Source of the DNA: an uncultured Clostridium sp.
Lineage (GTDB): Bacteria > Bacillota > Clostridia > TANB77 > CAG-508
Direction: 5' to 3'
Assembly (NCBI GenBank): GCA_946565805.1
Contig: CAMNWO010000007.1
Coordinates: forward strand, 7,683-71,682
Length of the DNA stretch: 64,000 nucleotides
Numbering within the stretch: position 1 is the stretch's first letter; each line of letters begins with the position of its first letter. Positions 37,858 through 46,426 of this stretch are shown in pieces. The translations under genes were made by a program, and so were the position numbers. Below the pieces are notes generated by a model. It was given only the letters and a program-made list of their open reading frames with translations, made no database searches and was not told where the DNA came from.

Positions 37858-37978
37858 ATGAAAAAAGTAATTAATGAAGAAGATATTAGAAAAGCAACTA
37901 ACTTAGAAAGATGTAAATTAATACTAGCAATAATAAAACGGACAAGTAATATACACACAAGACATAAAAACGCATTAA
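37858..37978 (+). CDS. Small hypothetical ORF (39 aa) if the in-frame CGG (C at 37939) is shifted
   Basis: The shift gives MKKVINEEDIRKATNLERCKLILAIIK|GQVIYTQDIKTH*. Its stop sits just before an AAGGAG RBS and ATG 37993. Confidence 0.3.
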
Positions 37979-37992
37979 AGGAGTGTAGAAAA

Positions 37993-38286
37993 ATGAACAA
38001 TATAACAAAACAAACAAGAAAAGAAAGTTTTGAAAGGATACAACTAAAAAAGAAATGCAAATTGATATACGAACAACTAGGAAGCGGAGAATATACAGCA
38101 AGAGAATTAGCAATAAAAATGCATAACACAAAAAACGAAGAAGGAAATAGATTATTAAGAACGGCAGAAAGACAAGAAACTGCGCCACGTCTAACTGAAT
38201 TAGTAGAATTAGATTTAGTAAAAGTTATTAAGAAAAAATACGATGAAATAAGTGGTTGTAGCGTAGCGGTTTATAAAAGAAAGTGA
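37993..38286 (+). CDS. Winged-helix-like small protein (hypothetical)
   Basis: MNNITKQTRKESFERI...YTARELAIKMH...APRLTELVELDLVKVI. Has its own RBS. The ORF track fuses it to 37858. Confidence 0.4.
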   Translation: MNNITKQTRKESFERIQLKKKCKLIYEQLGSGEYTARELAIKMHNTKNEEGNRLLRTAERQETAPRLTELVELDLVKVIKKKYDEISGCSVAVYKRK

Positions 38287-38295
38287 GGGAATAAA

Positions 38296-38625
38296 ATGTT
38301 TAAAAGATTAAAGAAAAGAATAGAAAAAAGACTAGAAGAAAAAATATTAGAATATGCGCAAAAAGATATAAATGAATTAAGCAGAATATTAAATAGACCA
38401 CGTGAGGGTGAAATAGTAAAAATAAGTAATATAAAAATCCAAAGGAAATATAAAGATCCAGGAAAATTTAAAATGAAAAACAGAAGAGAATACTACAAAA
38501 ATCATAAATATTTCAAAAGAATGATTGTTTTAGACGAAAAGAATTATCTAATAGACGGATATACAACATATTTACTAGCAAAAGAAATAGGATTTGACTA
38601 CATAACAATCATAAGAGCGAGGTAA
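38296..38625 (+). CDS. Hypothetical protein (possible ParB-like nuclease domain)
   Basis: MIVLDEKNYLIDGYTTYLLAKEIGFDYITI resembles the ParB/Srx DGxHR-type region. Weak call. Confidence 0.35.
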   Translation: MFKRLKKRIEKRLEEKILEYAQKDINELSRILNRPREGEIVKISNIKIQRKYKDPGKFKMKNRREYYKNHKYFKRMIVLDEKNYLIDGYTTYLLAKEIGFDYITIIRAR

Positions 38626-38629
38626 GGTT

Positions 38630-38848
38630 ATGAACAATAAGTGCAATAATTGTGCAAAGTTTTTAACTTGCGATAGAAAAAAGTGCAAAAAGATTACTTT
38701 TGTAAAAGCGGGAATAATAGATAAACCAAAGATAGTAAAAAGAGATGGTAACGGTTTTATAGATTTTATGATATCTATGCAAGAAATGCAAGAAGCGGAA
38801 GAGAATTTGAGAAAAGCAATGCAAAGAATAAGCATACAGACAAACTGA
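38630..38848 (+). CDS. Hypothetical Cys-containing phage protein
   Basis: 72-aa ORF with RBS and CNNCAKFLTCDRKKC. Confidence 0.4.
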   Translation: MNNKCNNCAKFLTCDRKKCKKITFVKAGIIDKPKIVKRDGNGFIDFMISMQEMQEAEENLRKAMQRISIQTN

Positions 38849-38899
38849 TTATAGAAATAAGAAAAAGAGAATTTTAGAAATACAGGAGAGAATGAAAAT

Positions 38900-39403
38900 A
38901 TGAAACAAGCAATGATTAATTACATACAAAAAGAAAAAAATGATGAATTATATACACCACGCGAAGCGATAGATCCAATATTGAAATATTTAGATAAAAA
39001 TAAAATTTACTGGGAATGTACTGATTTTGGAGATAGCAACATAACAAAAGTATTAAAAGAAAACGGATTTAAAGTTATAAGCACAAACAAAGAGCAATTA
39101 GACTTTCTAGTAGATGAAGCAAATTTTGAGTTTGACGTAATAATAACTAATCCACCATATAGTTTAAAAAATGAATTTTTGAAAAAATGCTATGAATACA
39201 AGAAACCATTTTTATTATTACTTCCAATTACAGCGCTAGAGGGAAAACAAAGAAGTAAATTATACAAAGAAAATGGACTTGAAATAATAGTGCTAGATAA
39301 AAGAATAAACTTTATGAAAAATAAAAAGAATGTATGGTTTAACACTAGCTGGTTTTGTAATAAAGTATGTAAAAAAGAGTTGAATTTTGAAAAATTAGAG
39401 TGA
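38900..39403 (+). CDS. Phage DNA N6-adenine methyltransferase (orphan)
   Basis: Motif IV DVIITNPPYSL. 167 aa. No adjacent restriction endonuclease. Confidence 0.6.
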   Translation: MKQAMINYIQKEKNDELYTPREAIDPILKYLDKNKIYWECTDFGDSNITKVLKENGFKVISTNKEQLDFLVDEANFEFDVIITNPPYSLKNEFLKKCYEYKKPFLLLLPITALEGKQRSKLYKENGLEIIVLDKRINFMKNKKNVWFNTSWFCNKVCKKELNFEKLE

Positions 39404-39431
39404 AAGTAATACTAAGTAGAAGGAGAAAAAG

Positions 39432-39614
39432 ATGAGTAAAGAATATGTGTTAACATCTCAGTGTATAGAAATATATAGAACAAAAGATAAGGAACAAGCA
39501 GAAAAGATAATGAATGCAGAGAATAAATTATTCTATAAATACAAACAACGATGTTTAGATAGTAACAAATTTTATACTGATAATGAAATAAAGATGTTTG
39601 AGGAGGAAAGCTAA
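39432..39614 (+). CDS. Hypothetical phage protein
   Basis: 60-aa ORF with AAGGAG RBS. Confidence 0.4.
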   Translation: MSKEYVLTSQCIEIYRTKDKEQAEKIMNAENKLFYKYKQRCLDSNKFYTDNEIKMFEEES

Positions 39615-39847
39615 TGAGTAAAGCAGATAAAATAAAAGAGGAAGTAACTTTAAAAGACTATGTATTAACCAATCTGCATTTAGATGGATATTTTGCAATA
39701 AGACTAAAAGACAATAAAGAATATATTTGTTATAAAAAAGGAAAAATGCATTTTATAAAAAAAGACGGAAAAGAAATTTTACTTGATGATGAAGTAAACA
39801 AAGCTTTTATGGCAAATGTAAGAGAATACAATAGATATGGGATATGA
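39614..39847 (+). CDS. Hypothetical phage protein
   Basis: 77-aa ORF with start overlapping the upstream stop (TAATG) and a GGAGGA RBS. Confidence 0.4.
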   Translation: MSKADKIKEEVTLKDYVLTNLHLDGYFAIRLKDNKEYICYKKGKMHFIKKDGKEILLDDEVNKAFMANVREYNRYGI

Positions 39848-39896
39848 GGTGGTTAGATGAATAAACAATTAGAAGAATTACTGGAGGGGAAATAGA

Positions 39897-40028
39897 ATGG
39901 AAGATTTTATAAAAGCAATAATTTATGTAGTAGCTTTCTTTTACAAAACATTAGAATTAATAATGCCATTCATGATTTATCATATTTGCAACAAATTGAA
40001 TGAAATAGAAAGAAAATTAAACAAATAG
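39897..40028 (+). CDS. Small membrane protein (43 aa)
   Basis: MEDFIKAIIYVVAFFYKTLELIMPFMIYHICNKLNEIERKLNK with GGAGGGG RBS. Below the ORF-track cutoff. Confidence 0.35.
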   Translation: MEDFIKAIIYVVAFFYKTLELIMPFMIYHICNKLNEIERKLNK

Positions 40029-40056
40029 AGCATACTACACTAAAAGGAGTGTAGCA

Positions 40057-40260
40057 ATGCAAGACAAAGAAATTCTAGAAAAATGGAAACAAGGTTTAAG
40101 TAAAGAGCAATTAGCAAAGCAATATAAAAGACAATACAATCAAGAAATAAAGATAATAAGAGCAGAAGTAAGAAACAGACATAGTGGAAGATTTATAACG
40201 CAATACGAGGCTTTAGCTTATGTAGAAAAGATAATTTATAGATATTTAAAGAGAAGGTGA
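40057..40260 (+). CDS. Hypothetical phage protein (HTH-like)
   Basis: 67-aa ORF with RBS and WKQGLSKEQLAKQYK. Confidence 0.4.
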   Translation: MQDKEILEKWKQGLSKEQLAKQYKRQYNQEIKIIRAEVRNRHSGRFITQYEALAYVEKIIYRYLKRR

Positions 40261-40264
40261 GAAG

Positions 40265-40504
40265 ATGTTAAAAATAAAAGATGATATAGATTTAAAAGAA
40301 TTAGAGAAATTTGGATATGAAGTAGATGATGTAGGATTAAATGTGGCTTATTTAATATATCGAAAATACATAAAAGCATATGTAAGTATTGATATAGACA
40401 CAAATAATAGAGTAATATCAAAAAACGTTGATGATGAATACAAAGAAATACAAGAAGAAGATATACAAGACTTAATCCAAGCAGGCTTAGTAGAAAAAGT
40501 ATAA
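40265..40504 (+). CDS. Hypothetical phage protein
   Basis: 79-aa ORF with RBS. Confidence 0.4.
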   Translation: MLKIKDDIDLKELEKFGYEVDDVGLNVAYLIYRKYIKAYVSIDIDTNNRVISKNVDDEYKEIQEEDIQDLIQAGLVEKV

Positions 40505-40530
40505 ATATTTAAAAGAAAAGAGGTAGAAAG

Positions 40531-41190
40531 ATGAGTAAAATAAAAATTGAAATAAAAAACAGATGGACAGGTTCTATACTGTTCGAATATGAGAAAGAAA
40601 ATAATACATTAAAAGATACTGTAGAAAAGGCAGTCGAAGAAGGAGCAAACTTAGAAGAAGCAGACTTAGAAGAAGCAAACTTAGAAGGAGCATACTTAGA
40701 AGGAGCATATTTAAGAGGAGCAAATTTAGAAGGAGCAAACTTAAGAGGAGCAAACTTAAGAGGAGCAAATTTAGAAAGAGCAAATTTAGAAAGAGCATAT
40801 TTAAGAGGAGCGTACTTAGAAGGAGCAAACTTAAGAGGAATAGACTTAAGAGGAGCATACTTAGAAGGAGTATATATTTATGTAGACAATAATAAAATAG
40901 ATGTAGAAAGTAAAATAAAAGACTTTGAAGAGAAAAACAACATAAAAATAACAGAAACATACATAAACAGAAATATTGCTCCAACGAGATGGAACTGCTT
41001 CTGGAGATACGGGTTAACAATATGTGACTGTAAAATTAAAGAAAAAGAAGAAGTAGAAGAAAACAAAGAAATAGAAGAATTAGTATTTAAAGAAAGTGCA
41101 TATGCAGGAGAAAAAATAGACAAGAATACAGAAAAAATAAACGAACTAGTAAGAGCAGTAAACAAACTAATAGAAAGAGAGGAAAAGTAG
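40531..41190 (+). CDS. Pentapeptide-repeat protein
   Basis: About 10 tandem A(N/D/Y)L(E/R)(G/E/R) pentapeptides ([75 protein letters not shown]). Confidence 0.85.
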   Translation: MSKIKIEIKNRWTGSILFEYEKENNTLKDTVEKAVEEGANLEEADLEEANLEGAYLEGAYLRGANLEGANLRGANLRGANLERANLERAYLRGAYLEGANLRGIDLRGAYLEGVYIYVDNNKIDVESKIKDFEEKNNIKITETYINRNIAPTRWNCFWRYGLTICDCKIKEKEEVEENKEIEELVFKESAYAGEKIDKNTEKINELVRAVNKLIEREEK

Positions 41191-41191
41191 A

Positions 41192-41452
41192 ATGAAGAAA
41201 CTAATAATAAGTACAATAACAATAGTAATTATAGTAGGACTAGCGTATATATTAAAAGATTTAATAGCACTAGACACTATGGCAAGTGAAGATAGATTTA
41301 TAAAAATAGATAGATACAATTATACAGATATCGTTTATGATAAACAAACCAAAGTGGAATACGCAATAAGTGGTGGTCGTTATAATATAGGAACGCTTAC
41401 ATTACTAGTAGACCAAGAAGGCAATCCTTTACTATATAAAGAAACGGAGTGA
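41192..41452 (+). CDS. Membrane-anchored hypothetical phage protein
   Basis: 86 aa with an N-terminal TM helix and RBS. Confidence 0.4.
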   Translation: MKKLIISTITIVIIVGLAYILKDLIALDTMASEDRFIKIDRYNYTDIVYDKQTKVEYAISGGRYNIGTLTLLVDQEGNPLLYKETE

Positions 41453-41458
41453 TAACAA

Positions 41459-41788
41459 ATGACAACTATAGTTGATAAAATAAGAAAAAGAATAAGAACA
41501 GCAGAAATGCTAAAAGGAGATACTGTAGAAGAAATACAAATAACAAAACAAGAAGCGGAGCAATTAGGCGAAAGAACATACATAGACAGTGTTAAGCTAA
41601 TAGTAGTAGATAAGCTAGGAGATCTAACAAACAAAGACTGCTTTGCTTACATAAACAGAAACGGACATAAAAGCTGTTATAGTTTAAAAAATCTAGACTG
41701 TAAAAACAGAAAATGCAAGTTTTACAGAACAGATACAACAATAGCAAAGATAGAAAAAAGCATAGAGAAATATGCTTTAAGGAAATAG
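41459..41788 (+). CDS. Hypothetical phage protein
   Basis: 109-aa ORF with RBS and a C-terminal Cys cluster (CFAY...CYSLKNLDCKNRKCKFY). Confidence 0.4.
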   Translation: MTTIVDKIRKRIRTAEMLKGDTVEEIQITKQEAEQLGERTYIDSVKLIVVDKLGDLTNKDCFAYINRNGHKSCYSLKNLDCKNRKCKFYRTDTTIAKIEKSIEKYALRK

Positions 41789-41797
41789 GAGGTACGC

Positions 41798-42277
41798 ATG
41801 ATAAAAGAAGAACTAATACAATTACTTAAAGAATACAAACAGAATAAAGCTAAATTAAATATAAAGCTAAAAGAACTAAAATTAGCTAGAATAGAATTTA
41901 AGAATTGCGACAACATAGAAACAAGCATAACAAGTTCATACGGAGAAAATCAAGATATACATAGTAAAAACAAAATAAGTAATAAAGTATTAAGCAAAAT
42001 AGAACAAAATGACACAAAAAGATTAGAACTTAAAGCAAAAATAGAAGATTTAGAAGAAACTGTTAGAGAGCTAAGAGGCAAAGTAGAAGCGGTTGAAGAT
42101 AGATTAATTGGGCTAAAGTACAAAGAAAGAGAAATACTAACCGCATATTACATTGATGGAAGAACAGCTCAAAATATCGGTGACAAATTATATTTTCAAA
42201 TGTACAACAGAACTTGTTCGGCTAGATACGTACAAAAAATAATAGACAAAGCCACTCAAAGAATGTTAAATATATAG
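41798..42277 (+). CDS. Late-gene transcriptional activator (sigma-70 region-4 / RinA-ArpU-like)
   Basis: C-terminal KEREILTAYYIDGRTAQNIGDKLYFQMYNRTCSARYVQKIIDKATQRM is a region-4-type HTH. It is the last gene before the packaging module. Confidence 0.55.
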   Translation: MIKEELIQLLKEYKQNKAKLNIKLKELKLARIEFKNCDNIETSITSSYGENQDIHSKNKISNKVLSKIEQNDTKRLELKAKIEDLEETVRELRGKVEAVEDRLIGLKYKEREILTAYYIDGRTAQNIGDKLYFQMYNRTCSARYVQKIIDKATQRMLNI

Positions 42278-42426
42278 AAGTTCATAAAAAGTTCGTAGTA
42301 TAGTACGTAGATTTATATAAATATATATAGTATAATAACAATAGTAGAATTGTCGCAGTTAGAGAGAAACTAACTCAAAGTCCAAGCGACAAGGTCTCAA
42401 ATCTTTATTTAAAATATACAGTCCAT

Positions 42427-42463
42427 AAAACTAGTTATAATGTATTTTATAGCTAGTTTTTTT
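42427..42463 (+). terminator. Intrinsic terminator-like hairpin in the late leader
   Basis: aaaactagttataa-tgtatt-ttatagctagtttt followed by a T-run. Confidence 0.55.
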
Positions 42464-42698
42464 AAAAATTAAGGATAGAAAGGCAGCTATCACGCCAGAG
42501 ATGGTCTTTAAAGAGATGCAGGGTACGCCGTCCTGCTAATTTTAATTAGTTATTAACACAATGCTAGATAGTGCTAATATATAAACAATGCAAGTATAAG
42601 AGTAGCAACACCTCCTTTCAGGAAATACATAGTTGTGGAACAAGAATCTTTCTAGCAGATTCTAATTACTTATCTACCAAGCAGTAGAATAAGTTTTC

Positions 42699-42735
42699 AA
42701 GAACGTATATAAAAGCCATATACGTTCTTTGTTTA
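42699..42735 (+). terminator. Second hairpin in the late leader
   Basis: aagaacgtatat-aaaagcc-atatacgttctt followed by tgttt. Confidence 0.45.
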
Positions 42736-42837
42736 TATCTTGGTTTAGTTTATGAAGTAAAACCACGGTCTCCAAAACCGTAGAAGGTAGTGCAAGTCTA
42801 TCAACCCTGACCAATATTTAGCAAAAGAGGTGCTAAT

Positions 42838-43062
42838 ATGAAAACTAAAGAAAGAAAAGAAACAATACACGAAACATTTGCTAGAGTATTATGCAGTAAC
42901 TGTAGAAACAGATTAAAGTGTCAAGAAGAGCTGATAAGAAGATTGGACAATTCGATTAAGTGCTATAAATATGTTAAAGATAAAGACGTAGAAGGATATA
43001 AGAAACCGTTAAGCACAACAGCTAAACAGCTCAAGCCAATTATGAAAGGAATAGCAAAATAA
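42838..43062 (+). CDS. Hypothetical Cys-containing phage protein
   Basis: 74-aa ORF with RBS and CSNCRNRLKC. Confidence 0.4.
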   Translation: MKTKERKETIHETFARVLCSNCRNRLKCQEELIRRLDNSIKCYKYVKDKDVEGYKKPLSTTAKQLKPIMKGIAK

Positions 43063-43074
43063 GGAGGTGAAATT

Positions 43075-43260
43075 ATGTTATTAATACTTATTATTATCGC
43101 TTATTATCTAATAGGTTTAAGAGTAGCTGAAAGAATAGGTTATAAAGACAGTTATGAACAATATATAATCATGTGTATATATCCATTAATTTTAACAAGT
43201 GAAGGATTAATAAATTTATTTTTTTACATAAAAGATAAAATCATGAGGTCAAGCCCATGA
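43075..43260 (+). CDS. Small membrane protein
   Basis: 61 aa with two hydrophobic segments and AAGGAGG RBS. Confidence 0.4.
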   Translation: MLLILIIIAYYLIGLRVAERIGYKDSYEQYIIMCIYPLILTSEGLINLFFYIKDKIMRSSP

Positions 43261-43374
43261 AAGAAAAGATAAATTACGATAATTGTATGAAAAGAAAATG
43301 TCAAAAATGTAAGTTTTATGATGAATGCTTTAAAAAGAAAGAAAATAAAAATATTAAAAATAAGGAGGAATTGT

Positions 43375-43617
43375 ATGTTAGTACAAGCAACAAACAAATA
43401 CAAAGAATTAAATTTAAAAGACAATGAATTAGGAAGAATACCAAACGAGGGAGAAACATTTGAAGTAACAGAAGAAAGATACAAAGTCTTAACACAAACA
43501 AATAAGTTTAATGCTGTATTTGTAGAGAAAGTAGAAGAAGTTAAAGAAATAGAAACAGCAACTAAGAAAACAAAGACAGAAACAGCAGTAAAGAAACCAA
43601 GAAAGAAAACAAAGTAA
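43375..43617 (+). CDS. Hypothetical phage protein
   Basis: AAGGAGG RBS ahead of ATG 43375. MLVQATNKYKELNLKDNELGRIPNEGETFEV... with a basic tail. Confidence 0.45.
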   Translation: MLVQATNKYKELNLKDNELGRIPNEGETFEVTEERYKVLTQTNKFNAVFVEKVEEVKEIETATKKTKTETAVKKPRKKTK

Positions 43618-43618
43618 A

Positions 43619-43928
43619 ATGACATATAGAAATAATAAAGATATAGCAAACAAATACAAAAGCAAGAAGTGGCAAAAGTTTAGACATTGTTATTTTATAT
43701 CTGTAAACGGACTGTGTGAGAGATGTAGCAAGAAGCGGAACAATAAAACCAGCAGAGATATTGCATCACATTATCTATATAACAGATAAAAACTATCAAG
43801 ACGATAATGTATTCTACAATATAGACAATGTAGAAGCATTGTGCCAAGAATGTCACAACAAAGAACACTTTACAGACAAAGAAGAATATAAATTTGATGA
43901 GAATGGAGATTTAATAAACAATGCTTAA
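43619..43928 (+). CDS. HNH endonuclease (packaging-associated). Frame is broken at an in-frame CGG (C at 43736).
   Basis: MTYRNNKDIANKYKSKKWQKFRHCYFISVNGLCERCSKK|GTIKPAEILHHIIYI...VEALCQECHNKEH gives a complete HNH only with the shift. ORF track shows 43716-43928. Confidence 0.8.
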
Positions 43929-44223
43929 TAAGAAGAAAGAAGATTGCTACAAAATAAATTTAGAAATAAACAAAGAAGAAATACTGAAAGATATTAGAGA
44001 CATAAAGAAAGAAGTGGAAAACACAGTTAAAAACTGTGAATATGAAATAAGTAAATTAAACCTTAAAAGAAAAGATATATTAGTTATTAAAGTCCATGCT
44101 TTTTATAAAGCAAATGATATGGAAAAGATTAAGAAAAAAATAGAAAAACAATTACATAGGAGAGTGTTGCTAATAAATGACCACATTGATATAGACCATG
44201 TGATTTCATATAGAAAGAAATAG
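43921..44223 (+). CDS. Hypothetical phage protein
   Basis: 100-aa ORF between the HNH and TerS genes. Confidence 0.4.
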   Translation: MLNKKKEDCYKINLEINKEEILKDIRDIKKEVENTVKNCEYEISKLNLKRKDILVIKVHAFYKANDMEKIKKKIEKQLHRRVLLINDHIDIDHVISYRKK

Positions 44224-44329
44224 CCCCCCCTATATACCTAGAAAAAGCGAGTCTGGGAGAACGGTGAGTGGGGCTTCGAAAAATATGCAGGCTATTTTAC
44301 GTAAGGGGTGTAGCTAAGGAGGTGTAGAT

Positions 44330-44725
44330 ATGGAGGAAGAAAAAAACGATTTACGTGAAAAAATAAGTGGACAAGCACTTATAGAAAAAAATAAAAAGAT
44401 AAGAAAAGAGACACAAAGGCTAAAGAAACTATTTAAAGATTTGCCAGACAACAAACACAGAATGGCAGAGAAGTTAATAGAAAATGCTTCTTTTATGTCT
44501 ATAACTTTAGATGAATTAAAAGAAGATATAAAAAAATATGGAGTAAAAGAAACTTACGTAAATGGGAAAGACCAATATGGATTTAAAGAATCGATTGAAA
44601 GCAAAACATACAACACAATGATTAAAAATTATATGAATATTATAAAACAGTTAAATGACATGCTACCAGAACAGAAAAAAATTAATGAGGATGATGAATT
44701 TGAACAATTCAATGGTTCTACATGA
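44330..44725 (+). CDS. Terminase small subunit (P27 family-like)
   Basis: 131 aa immediately upstream of and overlapping terL. AAGGAGG RBS. Confidence 0.65.
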   Translation: MEEEKNDLREKISGQALIEKNKKIRKETQRLKKLFKDLPDNKHRMAEKLIENASFMSITLDELKEDIKKYGVKETYVNGKDQYGFKESIESKTYNTMIKNYMNIIKQLNDMLPEQKKINEDDEFEQFNGST

Positions 44726-46425
44726 CATATATAGAAGAATATTATCAGTTTTTACTTAAAAACCCAGACAAAGCACCACATAAAGTTTTAATAGCATACA
44801 AGAAACTTGTACAAGATATTTATAATCCAAAACAAGTTTCTTTTTTTAATGAAATAACTGAAGAAAATGAAACACACACATATATATATGATTTACAGAA
44901 AGCTAACAGACCAATTGAGTTTATAGAAAGATTTTGTAAACATTCAAAAGGAAAATGGGCAGGAAAGCCAGTAATTTTAGAATTATGGCAAAAAGCTTTT
45001 ATACAGGCATTGTTTGGATTTGTAGATAAAGAAACTGGCTTAAGAAAATATAAAAAAGGAATTTTATTCGTAGGAAGAAAGAACGGAAAATCTACAATAG
45101 ATGCAGGACTAGGAAACTACATGCTAACTTCAGCAGGAGAAGGTGGTGCAGAAATATATTCTGTTGCTACAAAGAAAGACCAGGCAAAAGTGGTTTGGGA
45201 AGAAGCAAAAAGAATGATAAAGAAAAGTCCAGTTCTTGCTAAAAGAATAAGAACATTAGTAAATGGATTATTCTACGATAAAACAGAAAGTTTCTTTAAA
45301 GCACTTGCTAGCGATTCTAATTCTTTAGATGGATTGAATGCATTTTTTGTTATTGGAGACGAGGTTCATGCATGGAAAGATAAAAACTTATTAGATGTTA
45401 TGTACGATTCTATGTCTGCAAGAGAAGAACCATTATTCTTAGAAACATCAACGATGGGAACTATACGAGAAAGCGTATTTGACAATGAATATGAATATGC
45501 TTCAGCAATAATCGATGGATACGAAGGAATAGAAGGTGGAATTGTAGACGAAACAGTATTAGCAATAATATACGAGCTAGACAATCCAAATGAATGGCAA
45601 GATGAAAAGAAATGGTATAAAGCTAATCCAGGACTTGGAACAATAAAAAATATAAAAGATTTGCGTGATAAAGTAAACAGAGCAAAAAATAATCCAACCG
45701 AGTTAACAAATTTACTTTGTAAAGATTTTAATATTAGACAGAACGACCAAGATAAATGGCTTACATTTGATATTGCAAACAACGAAGAAACGTATAACAT
45801 AGAAGATTTATTTGATACTTATGCAATTGGTGGAGTTGACTTGTCTAGCACAACAGACTTAACATGTGCAACTTTATTAATTGTTAAACATGGTAAGAAA
45901 TATGCCATACAGCAATATTTTATAGCAAGTGAAAGACTAGAATTTAAAATAAAAGACGACAAAATACCATACGACAAATGGGAAAAACGCGGATTAGTAA
46001 CAATATGTGAGGGAGCAAAAGTAAATTACTCAGACGTAACTAATTGGTTTTTAAAAATGCACAACGAATACGACATAAGTGCATTGTGGATTGGATATGA
46101 TCCGTGGAATACACAATATTGGGTAGAAGAAATGAAAGAGCAAGGCTTTGAGATGGTAGAAGTAAGACAGGGAGCTAAGACAATGTCTAATCCGATGAAA
46201 CAATTAGAAGCTGACTTAATAGAAAAAAATGTTAATTACAACAACAATCCAATTTTGAAATGGTGCTTATGCAATACAGCAGTAAAAAGAGATGATAACG
46301 ACAACATAAGACCAGTAAAAGGACAAAAACAAAGAGCAAGAATAGATGGCACGGTAAGTTTAATAATAGCTTACTGCGTTTTATTTGAAAGACTAAACGA
46401 TTATTTAGTTTTACAGGAGGAATGA
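44722..46425 (+). CDS. Terminase large subunit
   Basis: 567 aa. Walker A-like VGRKNGKST, Walker B FFVIGDEVH, and a C-terminal nuclease domain (GGVDLS...IGYDPWN...RIDG). Confidence 0.9.
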   Translation: MTYIEEYYQFLLKNPDKAPHKVLIAYKKLVQDIYNPKQVSFFNEITEENETHTYIYDLQKANRPIEFIERFCKHSKGKWAGKPVILELWQKAFIQALFGFVDKETGLRKYKKGILFVGRKNGKSTIDAGLGNYMLTSAGEGGAEIYSVATKKDQAKVVWEEAKRMIKKSPVLAKRIRTLVNGLFYDKTESFFKALASDSNSLDGLNAFFVIGDEVHAWKDKNLLDVMYDSMSAREEPLFLETSTMGTIRESVFDNEYEYASAIIDGYEGIEGGIVDETVLAIIYELDNPNEWQDEKKWYKANPGLGTIKNIKDLRDKVNRAKNNPTELTNLLCKDFNIRQNDQDKWLTFDIANNEETYNIEDLFDTYAIGGVDLSSTTDLTCATLLIVKHGKKYAIQQYFIASERLEFKIKDDKIPYDKWEKRGLVTICEGAKVNYSDVTNWFLKMHNEYDISALWIGYDPWNTQYWVEEMKEQGFEMVEVRQGAKTMSNPMKQLEADLIEKNVNYNNNPILKWCLCNTAVKRDDNDNIRPVKGQKQRARIDGTVSLIIAYCVLFERLNDYLVLQEE

Positions 46426-46426
46426 A

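Noticed and set aside
37614-38188. Minus-strand ORFs 37614-38129 and 37898-38188
   Set aside because: They are Leu/Phe/Ser-rich antisense artefacts across the dnaB 3' end and downstream plus-strand genes.
40620-40870. Regular 15-nt tandem periodicity that could be mistaken for a CRISPR-like or satellite array
   Set aside because: The repeats are in-frame pentapeptide codons inside a well-supported CDS. There are no unique spacers.
40574-41222. Leu/Ser-rich ORFs (40574-41020 and 40878-41222) on the minus strand
   Set aside because: They are antisense to the pentapeptide-repeat gene, and their repeats are just the complement of ANLxG codons. All surrounding phage genes are on the plus strand.
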